Positions 37,425 through 46,153 of a stretch of DNA of 64,000 nucleotides are shown here, piece by piece. The notes below the pieces were generated by a model. It was not told the DNA's origin. It made no database searches and saw nothing but the letters and a program-made list of their open reading frames with translations. This DNA is from an uncultured virus (IMG/VR IMGVR_UViG_3300027686_000002) (Duplodnaviria; Heunggongvirae; Uroviricota; Caudoviricetes), in IMG/VR virus record IMGVR_UViG_3300027686_000002; one strand, written 5' to 3'. The translations under genes and the position numbers were made by a program. Within the stretch, counting starts at the first letter, position 1. Each line of letters starts with the position of its first letter.

Positions 37425-38552
37425 ATGTCAATACTAAATGTAAAAAATGAAAAATACCACACAGAAGCGAATGCGTTTCTAGATGGAGATCTTGGGTTTC
37501 AGCGATATGATACTGTTAAGTATAAACAGTTTGATAAACTAACTGAAAAACAATTAGGTTTCTTTTGGCGCCCAGAAGAAGTAGATGTTAGTAAGGATTC
37601 AAAAGATTTTAAAGATCTTACTGATCACGAACAACATATCTTTACGGCTAACCTTAAAAGACAGATCCTATTAGATAGCGTACAAGGACGAGCACCAGTA
37701 GAAGCATTTGCTCCTATTGTTAGTTTACCAGAACTTGAAAACTGGATTATCACGTGGACGTTTAGTGAAACAATTCACTCACGTAGTTACACACATATTA
37801 TTCGTAATATCTATTCAAACCCAACTAAAGTGTTTGACGAATTAGCAGACAGTAAAGAGATTGTTGAATGTGCAGACGACATTAGTAAGTACTACAATGA
37901 TCTTATTGATTATGCAAAATGGTACCATCTACTAGGCGTAGGTACACATACAGTAAATGGCAAGAAGATTGTTATTGACATGTACGAGCTGAAGAAGAAA
38001 GTTTGGCTATGTGTTAATAGTGTTAATGTTCTTGAAGGTATTAGATTCTATGTTAGTTTTGCTTGCTCGTGGGCATTTGCAGAACTTAAGAAAATGGAAG
38101 GTAATGCTAAAATTATTAAGTTCATTGCACGTGATGAAAATGTACACTTAGCAAGTACACAGTATTTGTTGTCAAAAGTGTTAACTAAAGAAGATCCAGA
38201 TTTTGAAAAAATAAGAAAAGAATGCGAGCCAGAAGTTATTCAAATGTTTGTGGACGCAGTAGAGCAAGAAAAAGAATGGGCAGATTACCTGTTCAAAGAC
38301 GGATCAATGATTGGCTTAAATGCACAGCTACTACATTCATATATTGAATGGATTTGTTGTAAGCGTATGGTTGCATTGGGTATGAAATGTCCGTATACAA
38401 CTTCACAGTCTAATCCACTTCCGTGGACAGCAAAATGGATTAGTGGAGCAGAAGTACAAGTAGCACCACAAGAAACAGAGATTAGTTCTTATATAGTCGG
38501 CGGTGTGAAAAAAGACGTATCCGACGATACGTTCTCAGGAATGAGTTTATAA
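37425..38552 (+). CDS. nrdB: Ribonucleotide reductase class Ia beta subunit
   Basis: FFWRPEEVD, LLDSVQGR, ETIHSRSY, LEGIRFYVSF, RDENVH, APQETEISSY. Confidence 0.97.
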   Translation: MSILNVKNEKYHTEANAFLDGDLGFQRYDTVKYKQFDKLTEKQLGFFWRPEEVDVSKDSKDFKDLTDHEQHIFTANLKRQILLDSVQGRAPVEAFAPIVSLPELENWIITWTFSETIHSRSYTHIIRNIYSNPTKVFDELADSKEIVECADDISKYYNDLIDYAKWYHLLGVGTHTVNGKKIVIDMYELKKKVWLCVNSVNVLEGIRFYVSFACSWAFAELKKMEGNAKIIKFIARDENVHLASTQYLLSKVLTKEDPDFEKIRKECEPEVIQMFVDAVEQEKEWADYLFKDGSMIGLNAQLLHSYIEWICCKRMVALGMKCPYTTSQSNPLPWTAKWISGAEVQVAPQETEISSYIVGGVKKDVSDDTFSGMSL

Positions 38553-38567
38553 CAAAGCGATAGCACA

Positions 38568-38825
38568 ATGATTACAATTTACGGAAAAACAGCGTGTCCA
38601 TATTGCGTACAAGCAAAGGCACTTTGCGAAAAACGTGGATATGAATACGAGTATAAACAGCTAGGCACAGATTTTGAAAGGGAACTAATGACAGAAAAGT
38701 TTCCAACAGCAAGAACGTTCCCACAAATAGTTATTGGCGAACTCAATATAGGTGGCTACGATCAACTACTACAATATATCGAAGATACCGGATACAACGG
38801 TACTGGATACACAATAGGAAACTAA
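38568..38825 (+). CDS. Dithiol glutaredoxin
   Basis: CPYC, TFPQI, IGGYD; downstream of nrdAB. Confidence 0.92.
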   Translation: MITIYGKTACPYCVQAKALCEKRGYEYEYKQLGTDFERELMTEKFPTARTFPQIVIGELNIGGYDQLLQYIEDTGYNGTGYTIGN

Positions 38826-38826
38826 T

Positions 38827-39129
38827 ATGTTAATAGACGTACAATACAAGAAGAATGATATAGTAAGTTTAAAACTTACTTCAGGTGAAGAAATGGTCGC
38901 AAGACTAGAAGCGGAAACAGAAACAGAAATTACAATAGTAAAGCCTTACATGCTAATAGCAAATCCAGACGGACAAGTAGGCCTTGCACCATTTATGTTT
39001 ACTGTAACTCCAGATGCGAAGTTTAAACTAAAGATAAATAATGTTATATGCATAGTTAAAACAGCAAAAGATGCTGCAGATATGTATATTAAACAAAGTA
39101 CAGGAATAGCAATTGCCACAGGTTCATAG
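38827..39129 (+). CDS. Sm-like-fold hypothetical protein
   Basis: IVSLKLTSGEEMVARL..ITIVKP..GLAPF pattern. Confidence 0.55.
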   Translation: MLIDVQYKKNDIVSLKLTSGEEMVARLEAETETEITIVKPYMLIANPDGQVGLAPFMFTVTPDAKFKLKINNVICIVKTAKDAADMYIKQSTGIAIATGS

Positions 39130-39397
39130 AAACGGAGACGCTAGATTATGTGGTGCAACTACAAATGCACAAGCACATATGAATGTCTACATAAACACTC
39201 AACCAATTAGTGTTGATGGAGATCCAAATAGCCATGGCGGTGGAAGCCTTGGTGCTAGATGTAAAAACTTTTATGTAGGTGGAAAGCTAGTAGTACTAAA
39301 TGGTAACCCAGCAGGCGCAGACGTGTTCTGTCCAATTCCACCACATTGTGGTCCAGACGCTAGTTCTGGAAGTCCAGACGTATACATAGGATTATAA
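39113..39397 (+). CDS. PAAR-like tail spike tip protein
   Basis: HRNGD..CGA, VYINTQP..GD..SH, PPHC..ASSGSPDVYIG. Confidence 0.8.
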   Translation: MPQVHRNGDARLCGATTNAQAHMNVYINTQPISVDGDPNSHGGGSLGARCKNFYVGGKLVVLNGNPAGADVFCPIPPHCGPDASSGSPDVYIGL

Positions 39398-39398
39398 T

Positions 39399-40772
39399 AT
39401 GAGCAATGATTTCGTTGAAGGTATAAAGGATGCTAGTGATTATATAAACGGCACATCTGTAGATATTCCTACAGGTAAAGTTACAGTCAACGCAAATGAT
39501 GGTAGTATAACAGCTCAAACACAAGCATACAGCTTGAAAGAAATCATATGTAGCCTTTTAGCAGGAAACGGCATTAAATTGCCTAACTTACAAATATGTT
39601 TAAAAATTAACTTAGGTAGATTAATACCTGAGATTCCAGCAGGCTTAGAAGACTTAAAAGCTAAACTAGAAGAAGCAGAAGCCGCATTAGACGAATTTAT
39701 TGCACATACAAATATTGACAATGCACTAGGTAGACTTAATGCCGCAGTAGCAGAATTTGCCGCTATTGCAAACATGATTAACTTCTGTGGAACACCAGTA
39801 GTACCACGTGCTATACCAAACGTCTTACGAGATGCAATGGGTAGTTTTACAGGTGCAGGAAAAGGTATACTTGACACACTTGGCACAATGGCAAGTAGCG
39901 ACATTGGTGGGTGTATAGGCGGAGATGGTAAATTTAATCCAGACCTATTTACTGGTGGATTGTTAGGAAAGCTAGGAGCTCAAATTGGAGCGTTATCTAG
40001 TTTACCAGATGCAATTAAGCAAGATATTATGAATGACCTAAATGGGTTTACTTCAGATATGAAAAATTTAATAGAATTTGAAAATAACTTTGCAGGAGCT
40101 TCGTCAAATGGCGGTAGCTTATTTTCACCAACAAATAGAGTAAATGCAAACGTTGGCGTAGCAGTTGATATGGATAATATGACACTAGCAAAAAGTCAGC
40201 AGTATGCAAGTAACTTACAATCATTATATAATGGATTAAAAGCATACGAAGTAGATGCAAATGGTAATAACATTTTTGATTATTTACTAGAACCAGAGAT
40301 GATTGCAAAATTAAACAATGATGGAAGCACGACTGTTCCATTATCAGAAAGAGATCCTATATACGATCATTGTAATAGGGTTATTGGGTATACAGAGCGT
40401 AGTACACAAACAGTACAAGAAACTAGTGTAGGAAGTCCTGTATCAGCAAACACCCAACCAGGCTTAGTAGGATTAGCAGAAAGTGGAACAATAGTAACTA
40501 GTACACCAGCTACTACATCAGTACTTGATGGAACATCATCTGTCAGTAGTACTAGTCGTATGGGAACAGGTGCAAAAGGCACAACAGGTGCTACAGGTGC
40601 TCAAGGCCCAGCAGGTGCTGCAATTGCTGAAAATCAACCTACAAGTAATAGACCAGCAAACCCAGCATTAGGACAAATTATCTTTAATACAACTACAAAT
40701 ATGTTTGAAGGTTGGAATGGTACAATATGGGTAACAATAGTATCAGCAGTATCATTAGAAATAACACCGTAA
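39399..40772 (+). CDS. Probable virion protein with short collagen-like stretch and fibre-type C-terminal motif
   Basis: GAKGTTGATGAQGPAGAA; RPANPALGQIIFNTTTNMFEGWNG. Confidence 0.55.
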   Translation: MSNDFVEGIKDASDYINGTSVDIPTGKVTVNANDGSITAQTQAYSLKEIICSLLAGNGIKLPNLQICLKINLGRLIPEIPAGLEDLKAKLEEAEAALDEFIAHTNIDNALGRLNAAVAEFAAIANMINFCGTPVVPRAIPNVLRDAMGSFTGAGKGILDTLGTMASSDIGGCIGGDGKFNPDLFTGGLLGKLGAQIGALSSLPDAIKQDIMNDLNGFTSDMKNLIEFENNFAGASSNGGSLFSPTNRVNANVGVAVDMDNMTLAKSQQYASNLQSLYNGLKAYEVDANGNNIFDYLLEPEMIAKLNNDGSTTVPLSERDPIYDHCNRVIGYTERSTQTVQETSVGSPVSANTQPGLVGLAESGTIVTSTPATTSVLDGTSSVSSTSRMGTGAKGTTGATGAQGPAGAAIAENQPTSNRPANPALGQIIFNTTTNMFEGWNGTIWVTIVSAVSLEITP

Positions 40773-40793
40773 TAGCGTTAATAACGCTATTTT
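40771..40793 (+). terminator. Intrinsic terminator
   Basis: AATAGCGTT-AAT-AACGCTATT-TT; stem resembles that at 10385. Confidence 0.7.
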
Positions 40794-40824
40794 ACACAAA
40801 TCCACAAAAAACAAGACATTTCGG

Positions 40825-40853
40825 TTGACAAATGTAACTCTTACTAGTATAGT
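40825..40853 (+). promoter_or_regulatory. Sigma70 promoter with partial operator half-site
   Basis: TTGACA-AATGTAACTCTTACTAG-TATAGT; contains TCTTACT. Confidence 0.7.
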
Positions 40854-40905
40854 AGTAGTTAATAAGAACTTAACTTAGAAAAAGTGAATATTATGGAAAA
40901 AAGTA

Positions 40906-41187
40906 ATGAGAGCAACTAAATATGACGATGGCATAAAGAGGATTAAAGCTAAAATTGAAGTCCCAATGAGTGAGGACGATGTTAGTAACTTTATTCTTAG
41001 TGCCCTTACAAGTAACGTAGTTGATTTATCAGCAGTGCAACGCCTTAACAAGCGTGAACTGTTACAGCTAGCAAAAGAAGAAGTTCGCATAAATGGAACT
41101 GAAGCTATTGTATCAGAATCTGTAGATAATGACACGAAAGTTATAGTAAGGAACTATGTCAAGCAAATGTTTCCGGAATTGCAATAA
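40906..41187 (+). CDS. Hypothetical protein
   Basis: Downstream of promoter; coupled to next ORF. Confidence 0.6.
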   Translation: MRATKYDDGIKRIKAKIEVPMSEDDVSNFILSALTSNVVDLSAVQRLNKRELLQLAKEEVRINGTEAIVSESVDNDTKVIVRNYVKQMFPELQ

Positions 41188-41351
41188 TGAAAGATGATGT
41201 ACTTGATTATCTGTTTGATATAACAGAGAATATGGATATACATGCCCATGCAAGTGAGTCTTTTTATGATCCTTTATCAGATATGGAACCCAAAATTGGT
41301 GTAGACGTATTAATAAAGGTGGCTGCAATTAACGAGAACATTCAGCACTAA
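41187..41351 (+). CDS. Small hypothetical protein, 54 aa (not in ORF track)
   Basis: TAATG overlap; MKDDVLDYLFDITENMDIHAHASESFYDPLSDMEPKIGVDVLIKVAAINENIQH. Confidence 0.5.
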   Translation: MKDDVLDYLFDITENMDIHAHASESFYDPLSDMEPKIGVDVLIKVAAINENIQH

Positions 41352-41371
41352 ATAACACGTAAGCGAATTAT

Positions 41372-41447
41372 GCCGATGTAGCTCAGCTGGTAGAGCAATT
41401 GATTTGTAATCAATAGGTCCCGAGTTCGACTCTTGGTATCGGCACCA
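41372..41447 (+). tRNA. tRNA-Thr(UGU)
   Basis: Cloverleaf, ATTGA-TTTGTAA-TCAAT anticodon arm, TTCGA, encoded CCA. Confidence 0.95.
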
Positions 41448-41458
41448 TTACATACTAT

Positions 41459-41541
41459 GCCCCGATGGTGGAATTGGTAGACACGCTAGTCTTAGGAACT
41501 AGTGCGAAAGCGTGAGAGTTCGAGTCTCTCTTGGGGCACCA
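41459..41541 (+). tRNA. tRNA-Leu(UAG)
   Basis: CTAGT-CTTAGGA-ACTAG arm, long variable arm, TTCGA, CCA. Confidence 0.95.
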
Positions 41542-41645
41542 AAATACTAGAACTAATTAATAGGCTAATAGGAATGCCGGCTGAGAAAAGCAATAGACAA
41601 CGGACATAAATACACATAGTAATAAGTTAGGAAAGGATTACTGTA

Positions 41646-41843
41646 ATGGAAGATACAATAAAGCAAGCACTTGAACTTCATGCCAGAGGCCAAATTGCGA
41701 AACATAAAGCCAACGTACTAATTTACTTAAAGAATCCTGTAGGCATTGGAGAACATCCAGGTGTCATAGACGCAGTTGAAGAAGAGATTCAAGCAATTGC
41801 AAAATATCACGATCAACTTGAAGTACTAAGTACGTACTTCTAA
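41646..41843 (+). CDS. Small conserved phage protein
   Basis: KHKANVLIYLKNPVGIGEHP motif; late promoter and AAGGA RBS. Confidence 0.7.
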   Translation: MEDTIKQALELHARGQIAKHKANVLIYLKNPVGIGEHPGVIDAVEEEIQAIAKYHDQLEVLSTYF

Positions 41844-41849
41844 ATTATC

Positions 41850-41925
41850 GGGGCTGTAGCTCACCTGGGAGAGCGCCTGCTTTGCAAGCAGGAGGTAGTC
41901 GGTTCGAGTCCGTCCAGCTCCACCA
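41850..41925 (+). tRNA. tRNA-Ala(UGC)
   Basis: GGGGCTG acceptor with G3:U70, CCTGC-TTTGCAA-GCAGG arm, CCA. Confidence 0.95.
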
Positions 41926-41944
41926 ATTTTAATAGTGGAAATAA

Positions 41945-42850
41945 ATGAAAACTGTAATATATCAAAACAATCTAGGAAGTGCATCAGGAATTCACTGGTG
42001 GCTTGCTAATGAAACTAATGTAGGACCGCAGCTGTATTCATTTACTGATGCGTATTTGCGTCCGGCAGGAGATCACGTTGGTGGCATTGTAATTGAAGAT
42101 AGTAGTGCAGAATTACACAGTACACATAAAGAATCACTGTTAATATTAGATACAACTACTGCAACCGGCGAGTTAGATGTATTAGCTCCTTTTACAAACG
42201 TAGCTGATACTAACCACACTGAAAAACATGATATGTTTTTATGGAGTAACTTTGGTGGTAACTTACTTGATACAACACAGGTTATTAAAGCAGATAAAAC
42301 TATTTTAGTAGATAACACTCCTGAAGAACAACTATTCTTTTATATTAGTCAATACGCATTTTCGTGGATTGATTCAATAGAAGACTTAGATGAACAAACA
42401 ACAGAGTGGGTAAACGATCACCCAGAATCGTCAATTTTTAACGACATTTGGTTAAATAAGCATAAGGAAGTCTTCCATAAGGCATTTACTGATGGAACAC
42501 TCAAGTACATGTGGCAATTAAACTTTGCACATCATGACTTGGCAAACAATTTAAAGAGTGGCGGAACTGATACACAGATCCCTGATGCAGATGATCATGG
42601 AAGACTGTTTGAAGTTAAACGCAACGATATAGCAGAGCAGTCAATGACAGATACTTTATTTGAATATTCAAATAGAGAAATAGATCATATAGTAGTAGGT
42701 GATGATTGGTTTAAGGATAAAGGAGACAGTATTTTAAGTTACCTTGATATGTTAAACACATTTAGACTTAAGAAATTCTATTTAGATTATCACAAAATGT
42801 ACATGCGAAAAAAAGTATTGTACGAAGATAAATTTTCAAAACATTTATAG
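41945..42850 (+). CDS. Hypothetical protein (sulfotransferase-like family inferred), paralog of 44660..45571
   Basis: Shared IHWWLA, GPQ.Y, WSN, FYISQYAF, DG.L.YMWQLNFAH.DL, RLFE motifs. Confidence 0.6.
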   Translation: MKTVIYQNNLGSASGIHWWLANETNVGPQLYSFTDAYLRPAGDHVGGIVIEDSSAELHSTHKESLLILDTTTATGELDVLAPFTNVADTNHTEKHDMFLWSNFGGNLLDTTQVIKADKTILVDNTPEEQLFFYISQYAFSWIDSIEDLDEQTTEWVNDHPESSIFNDIWLNKHKEVFHKAFTDGTLKYMWQLNFAHHDLANNLKSGGTDTQIPDADDHGRLFEVKRNDIAEQSMTDTLFEYSNREIDHIVVGDDWFKDKGDSILSYLDMLNTFRLKKFYLDYHKMYMRKKVLYEDKFSKHL

Positions 42851-42861
42851 GAGTATAGGCT

Positions 42862-43275
42862 ATGGCTTATTCAGACAAGGTGATGGACCATTATGAGAAC
42901 CCACGAAACGTAGGTAAATTTAATGCTGAAGAAAGTAACATTGGTACAGGTATGGTAGGAGCTCCAGCGTGTGGAGACGTAATGCGTTTACAAATCAAAG
43001 TAGATGAAAATGGTATTATTGAAGATGCTAAATTCAAAACTTATGGTTGCGGTAGTGCTATTGCTAGTAGTAGTTTATTAACTACAATGGTAAAAGGTAT
43101 GACGTTAGATAAAGCAGGCTCAATAAAGAACATGGATATTGCACATGAACTTGCATTACCTCCAGTTAAGATACATTGCAGTGTACTAGCCGAAGATGCA
43201 ATTAAATCTGCTATTGCAGATTATCAAGGCAAAAACCCAGTACCTGAGGGTGCTAGCTACTACGAAATTAAGTAG
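42862..43275 (+). CDS. iscU: Fe-S cluster scaffold protein IscU
   Basis: YSDKVMDHYENPRNVG, GAPACGDVM, GCGSAIASSS, LPPVKIHC. Confidence 0.97.
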   Translation: MAYSDKVMDHYENPRNVGKFNAEESNIGTGMVGAPACGDVMRLQIKVDENGIIEDAKFKTYGCGSAIASSSLLTTMVKGMTLDKAGSIKNMDIAHELALPPVKIHCSVLAEDAIKSAIADYQGKNPVPEGASYYEIK

Positions 43276-43289
43276 ATAACTAATATAGT

Positions 43290-43377
43290 GGAGGGTTGGC
43301 AGAGTGGTCGATCGCGTTGGTCTTGAAAACCAATGAACTGCAAGGTTCCGAGAGTTCGAATCTCTCACCCTCCGCCA
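43290..43377 (+). tRNA. tRNA-Ser(UGA)
   Basis: TTGGT-CTTGAAA-ACCAA arm, long variable arm, TTCGAA, CCA. Confidence 0.95.
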
Positions 43378-43396
43378 GTAACATTAAGGAAGTTAA

Positions 43397-43438
43397 ATGA
43401 ATACAGTAGATAAAATAACAACAACTAGTTGGATATGA
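43397..43438 (+). pseudogene. Duplicated 5' remnant of grxD (13-codon mini-ORF MNTVDKITTTSWI)
   Basis: 43395-43418 matches 44335-44358 at 23/24 nt; AAGGAAG RBS; TGA overlaps the ATG of the next gene. Confidence 0.6.
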
Positions 43439-44310
43439 CCATAAAAAGAATTTTTACATACGGTTGTAGTTTTGGAAGATGGCGCTGGCCTTGTTGGCCT
43501 GATATGATTCAGAAAAACTTTGGTGACGAATACAAATATATAAAAAACTCTAATGCTGGCTTAGGCAATCAAGGTATATTCTGCATGATGCTTGAAGATG
43601 ATTTGCATTTTAAATTTACAGAAGACGATATTATATTAGTAGGTTGGTCTGCATGGGCAAGGGAAGATAGACTCCAAGAAAACGGTTTCTGGGAATGTTA
43701 TGGTAACCTACTAACTTCTCTTAATCCTTCTGATAAGTATGGTGAAGAATATATAAAAAAATACTGGTCAATGTCAAACGACATAATGAGAAACACTTCG
43801 GCAATTATAGCCGCAAGTAAGATGTTTAATATTACACATCAACATCATATTTTTGATTATGATAATTTAGAAGATAATAACGCACAGAGTAAAACATATA
43901 AACTTATGAACAAATTAAATTGGAAAACTGAACCTGCTTCCAGTAGATATAACTTTAACCAGCATTGGGCAAACTTACCTGAAAAAGAATTATTCAATGA
44001 CAATAAAGGATATGAGCATAATTCACGGTTTAGTGGTCGTGTAATAGATAATCATCCTGATATTATTGCACAACTTGAACACACAACCGCAGTACTTGAA
44101 AAAATAGGTCTAACAATGAAACAAGAGACCATAGATTTTTATACACAAGAATACCAACGAGTAATTGACTACATTGATAATAGTGACCCAATTAAAAGAG
44201 AATTATTACAAGACGGCAATTGGAATTGTTTTTCCGAAACATTTAAAATTGTGTTTCCAGAAATAGACGCACATTCGACTGGCCCATTTTCCCAGAAGAT
44301 TATAAGATAA
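43435..44310 (+). CDS. SGNH-like hydrolase family protein
   Basis: IFTYGCSFG, NAGLGNQ, VGWSAWARED, DNHPD. Confidence 0.6.
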   Translation: MTIKRIFTYGCSFGRWRWPCWPDMIQKNFGDEYKYIKNSNAGLGNQGIFCMMLEDDLHFKFTEDDIILVGWSAWAREDRLQENGFWECYGNLLTSLNPSDKYGEEYIKKYWSMSNDIMRNTSAIIAASKMFNITHQHHIFDYDNLEDNNAQSKTYKLMNKLNWKTEPASSRYNFNQHWANLPEKELFNDNKGYEHNSRFSGRVIDNHPDIIAQLEHTTAVLEKIGLTMKQETIDFYTQEYQRVIDYIDNSDPIKRELLQDGNWNCFSETFKIVFPEIDAHSTGPFSQKIIR

Positions 44311-44336
44311 ATAACTGCATAACGAGAGTAGAAAAA

Positions 44337-44657
44337 ATGAATATAGTAGATAAAATAAAAGAACAAATTAATGGCAATGCTATTGTACTTTACATGAAAG
44401 GCAATCCTACGTTTCCAGCTTGTGGATTTTCAGCAAAAACAGTACAAAACTTACAAAACTGTAATGAGGAGTTTGCATATGTTGATATATTACAAGATGC
44501 TGAAATAAGGCAAGGCATAAAAGACTTTAGTGATTGGCCTACAATACCTCAAGTATATGTAAACGGTGAATTTATAGGCGGCTGTGATATTGTAAATGAC
44601 ATGGCACAATCGGGCGAACTAGCCGAACTGATAAGTACTACTATAACTAGAAAGTAA
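44337..44657 (+). CDS. grxD: Monothiol CGFS glutaredoxin (Grx4)
   Basis: YMKG.P..PACGFS, WPTIPQVYVNGEFIGGCDI. Confidence 0.95.
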   Translation: MNIVDKIKEQINGNAIVLYMKGNPTFPACGFSAKTVQNLQNCNEEFAYVDILQDAEIRQGIKDFSDWPTIPQVYVNGEFIGGCDIVNDMAQSGELAELISTTITRK

Positions 44658-44659
44658 AT

Positions 44660-45571
44660 ATGATAGGAATATACCAACACGTTAATGCACACGCACCAGC
44701 AATTCACTGGTGGCTTGCTAGCGACCCACGCTTTGGACCCCAAATATACGAAGGCAGAAACCCAAATCCAGATAACTTAGCAATTGGTAATATAGTTTCA
44801 GAATTACGTGCCGATTCTGCTATTGATACACAACTATATAATTCCCATCAAGAATCACTTAGAATGATGGAAAACAAAAGAGAAAATAATGGTAGTGTAG
44901 ATTGTCTTACAGATTATTTTAAATTTAATAACAAATTTGAATACCCAGTATGGAGTAATTACTTTGGTTGTTGTGATAACCCACAATTTGCTCCACAATG
45001 CGAAAAACTTATTGTTGCAAAAGCTACAACAAAACAAAGTGCAATGTTTTACATAAGTCAATATGCATTTAATAGAATGCCTGCAGATAGAATCGATGTC
45101 CATACTAAGATTTGGTGGGAAGATCATATGCTAATGGCTGGAAAAGAAATTGGAAAATGGAAAGAAGTTTGGTATAGAGACTATCATCAGCAATGTATTC
45201 AAGATGCAACAGATGGTAAGCTACAGTACATGTGGCAATTAAATTTTGCTCATTGGGATTTATACCATGCACAACTTGACGGCAACAATAGTTTTAAATT
45301 AGACTATTCGTTTCATAGACTGTTTGAACGAAAGCATGAAACTACAGATGAAATAGCACAAGACTTATCATTGTCGTACATAAAGAATTATAATAGAGAT
45401 CATTTAGTAATTGATGTTGAATGGTTTAAGAAAACAGACAAAATACTTGATTATTTAGGCGTAAGCAATAGTCAAATATTAAAAGATACAGCAAAATTGT
45501 ATCACACTAGGTACTATGCAGTTAAGCATGCGTACAAAAAACTTTATAATAAATACTACAAAGGAGAATAA
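44660..45571 (+). CDS. Hypothetical protein, paralog of 41945..42850
   Basis: Same conserved blocks as 41945..42850. Confidence 0.6.
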   Translation: MIGIYQHVNAHAPAIHWWLASDPRFGPQIYEGRNPNPDNLAIGNIVSELRADSAIDTQLYNSHQESLRMMENKRENNGSVDCLTDYFKFNNKFEYPVWSNYFGCCDNPQFAPQCEKLIVAKATTKQSAMFYISQYAFNRMPADRIDVHTKIWWEDHMLMAGKEIGKWKEVWYRDYHQQCIQDATDGKLQYMWQLNFAHWDLYHAQLDGNNSFKLDYSFHRLFERKHETTDEIAQDLSLSYIKNYNRDHLVIDVEWFKKTDKILDYLGVSNSQILKDTAKLYHTRYYAVKHAYKKLYNKYYKGE

Positions 45572-45573
45572 TT

Positions 45574-46023
45574 ATGAAAAAGATATTAGTAACAATGTTT
45601 GCCGCACTCACACTTCTACTTACAGCAGGACAAGCTACTGCAAAAGAAGTGAACATGGTGATTTATGATTTTGAAGTTACACGAGTTATAGATGGAGACA
45701 CAGTAGCATTTAAAGCAGACTTTTTACCAGAGCCACTTAAACAAGAACTAAGTATTCGTGTTTACGGCGTAGATACTCCTGAGAAAAGTTGGAGAGCTGA
45801 ATGTACAGAAGAAGCTGGTTGGGGAGAGCTTGCAAGTAAATTTACTAAAAGCAAACTTAACGGTGCAACTAAAATACAAGTAGCAATCTATAAGTGGGAC
45901 AAATATGGCGGGCGTGTATTAGGTGATATTATTATTGATGGCAAAAGTTTACGACACATGCTAATTGATAATGGATTTGCCAGAGAATACTACGGCGACA
46001 AAAAAGAATCTTGGTGTAAGTAA
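45574..46023 (+). CDS. Thermonuclease (SNase-like) with signal peptide
   Basis: MKKILVTMFAALTLLLTAGQATA signal; RVIDGDT, IRVYGVDTPE, DKYGGRVLG. Confidence 0.85.
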   Translation: MKKILVTMFAALTLLLTAGQATAKEVNMVIYDFEVTRVIDGDTVAFKADFLPEPLKQELSIRVYGVDTPEKSWRAECTEEAGWGELASKFTKSKLNGATKIQVAIYKWDKYGGRVLGDIIIDGKSLRHMLIDNGFAREYYGDKKESWCK

Positions 46024-46028
46024 AACGG

Positions 46029-46057
46029 TTGACAAGTTAACCTACTTATACTAAAAT
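46029..46057 (+). promoter_or_regulatory. Sigma70 promoter for tRNA-Glu
   Basis: TTGACA-17 nt-TAAAAT, ending 9 nt before the tRNA 5' end. Confidence 0.75.
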
Positions 46058-46065
46058 AGCAACAT

Positions 46066-46140
46066 GCACCCTTCGTCTATCGGTTAGGACACACGGTTTT
46101 CATCCGTGCAAGAGGAGTTCGATTCTCCTAGGGTGTACCA
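46066..46140 (+). tRNA. tRNA-Glu(UUC)
   Basis: GCACCCT/AGGGTGT acceptor, CACGG-TTTTCAT-CCGTG arm, TTCGA, CCA. Confidence 0.93.
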
Positions 46141-46153
46141 AATTGAGGAATTA

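Noticed and set aside
35103..38552. Introns or inteins in nrdA/nrdB, and also terL, uvsX and helicase
   Set aside because: All are uninterrupted, of normal length, with contiguous motifs
46106..46153. ORF-track N-terminal extension of 46154..46876
   Set aside because: The GTG lies inside tRNA-Glu; ATG 46154 has a GAGG RBS
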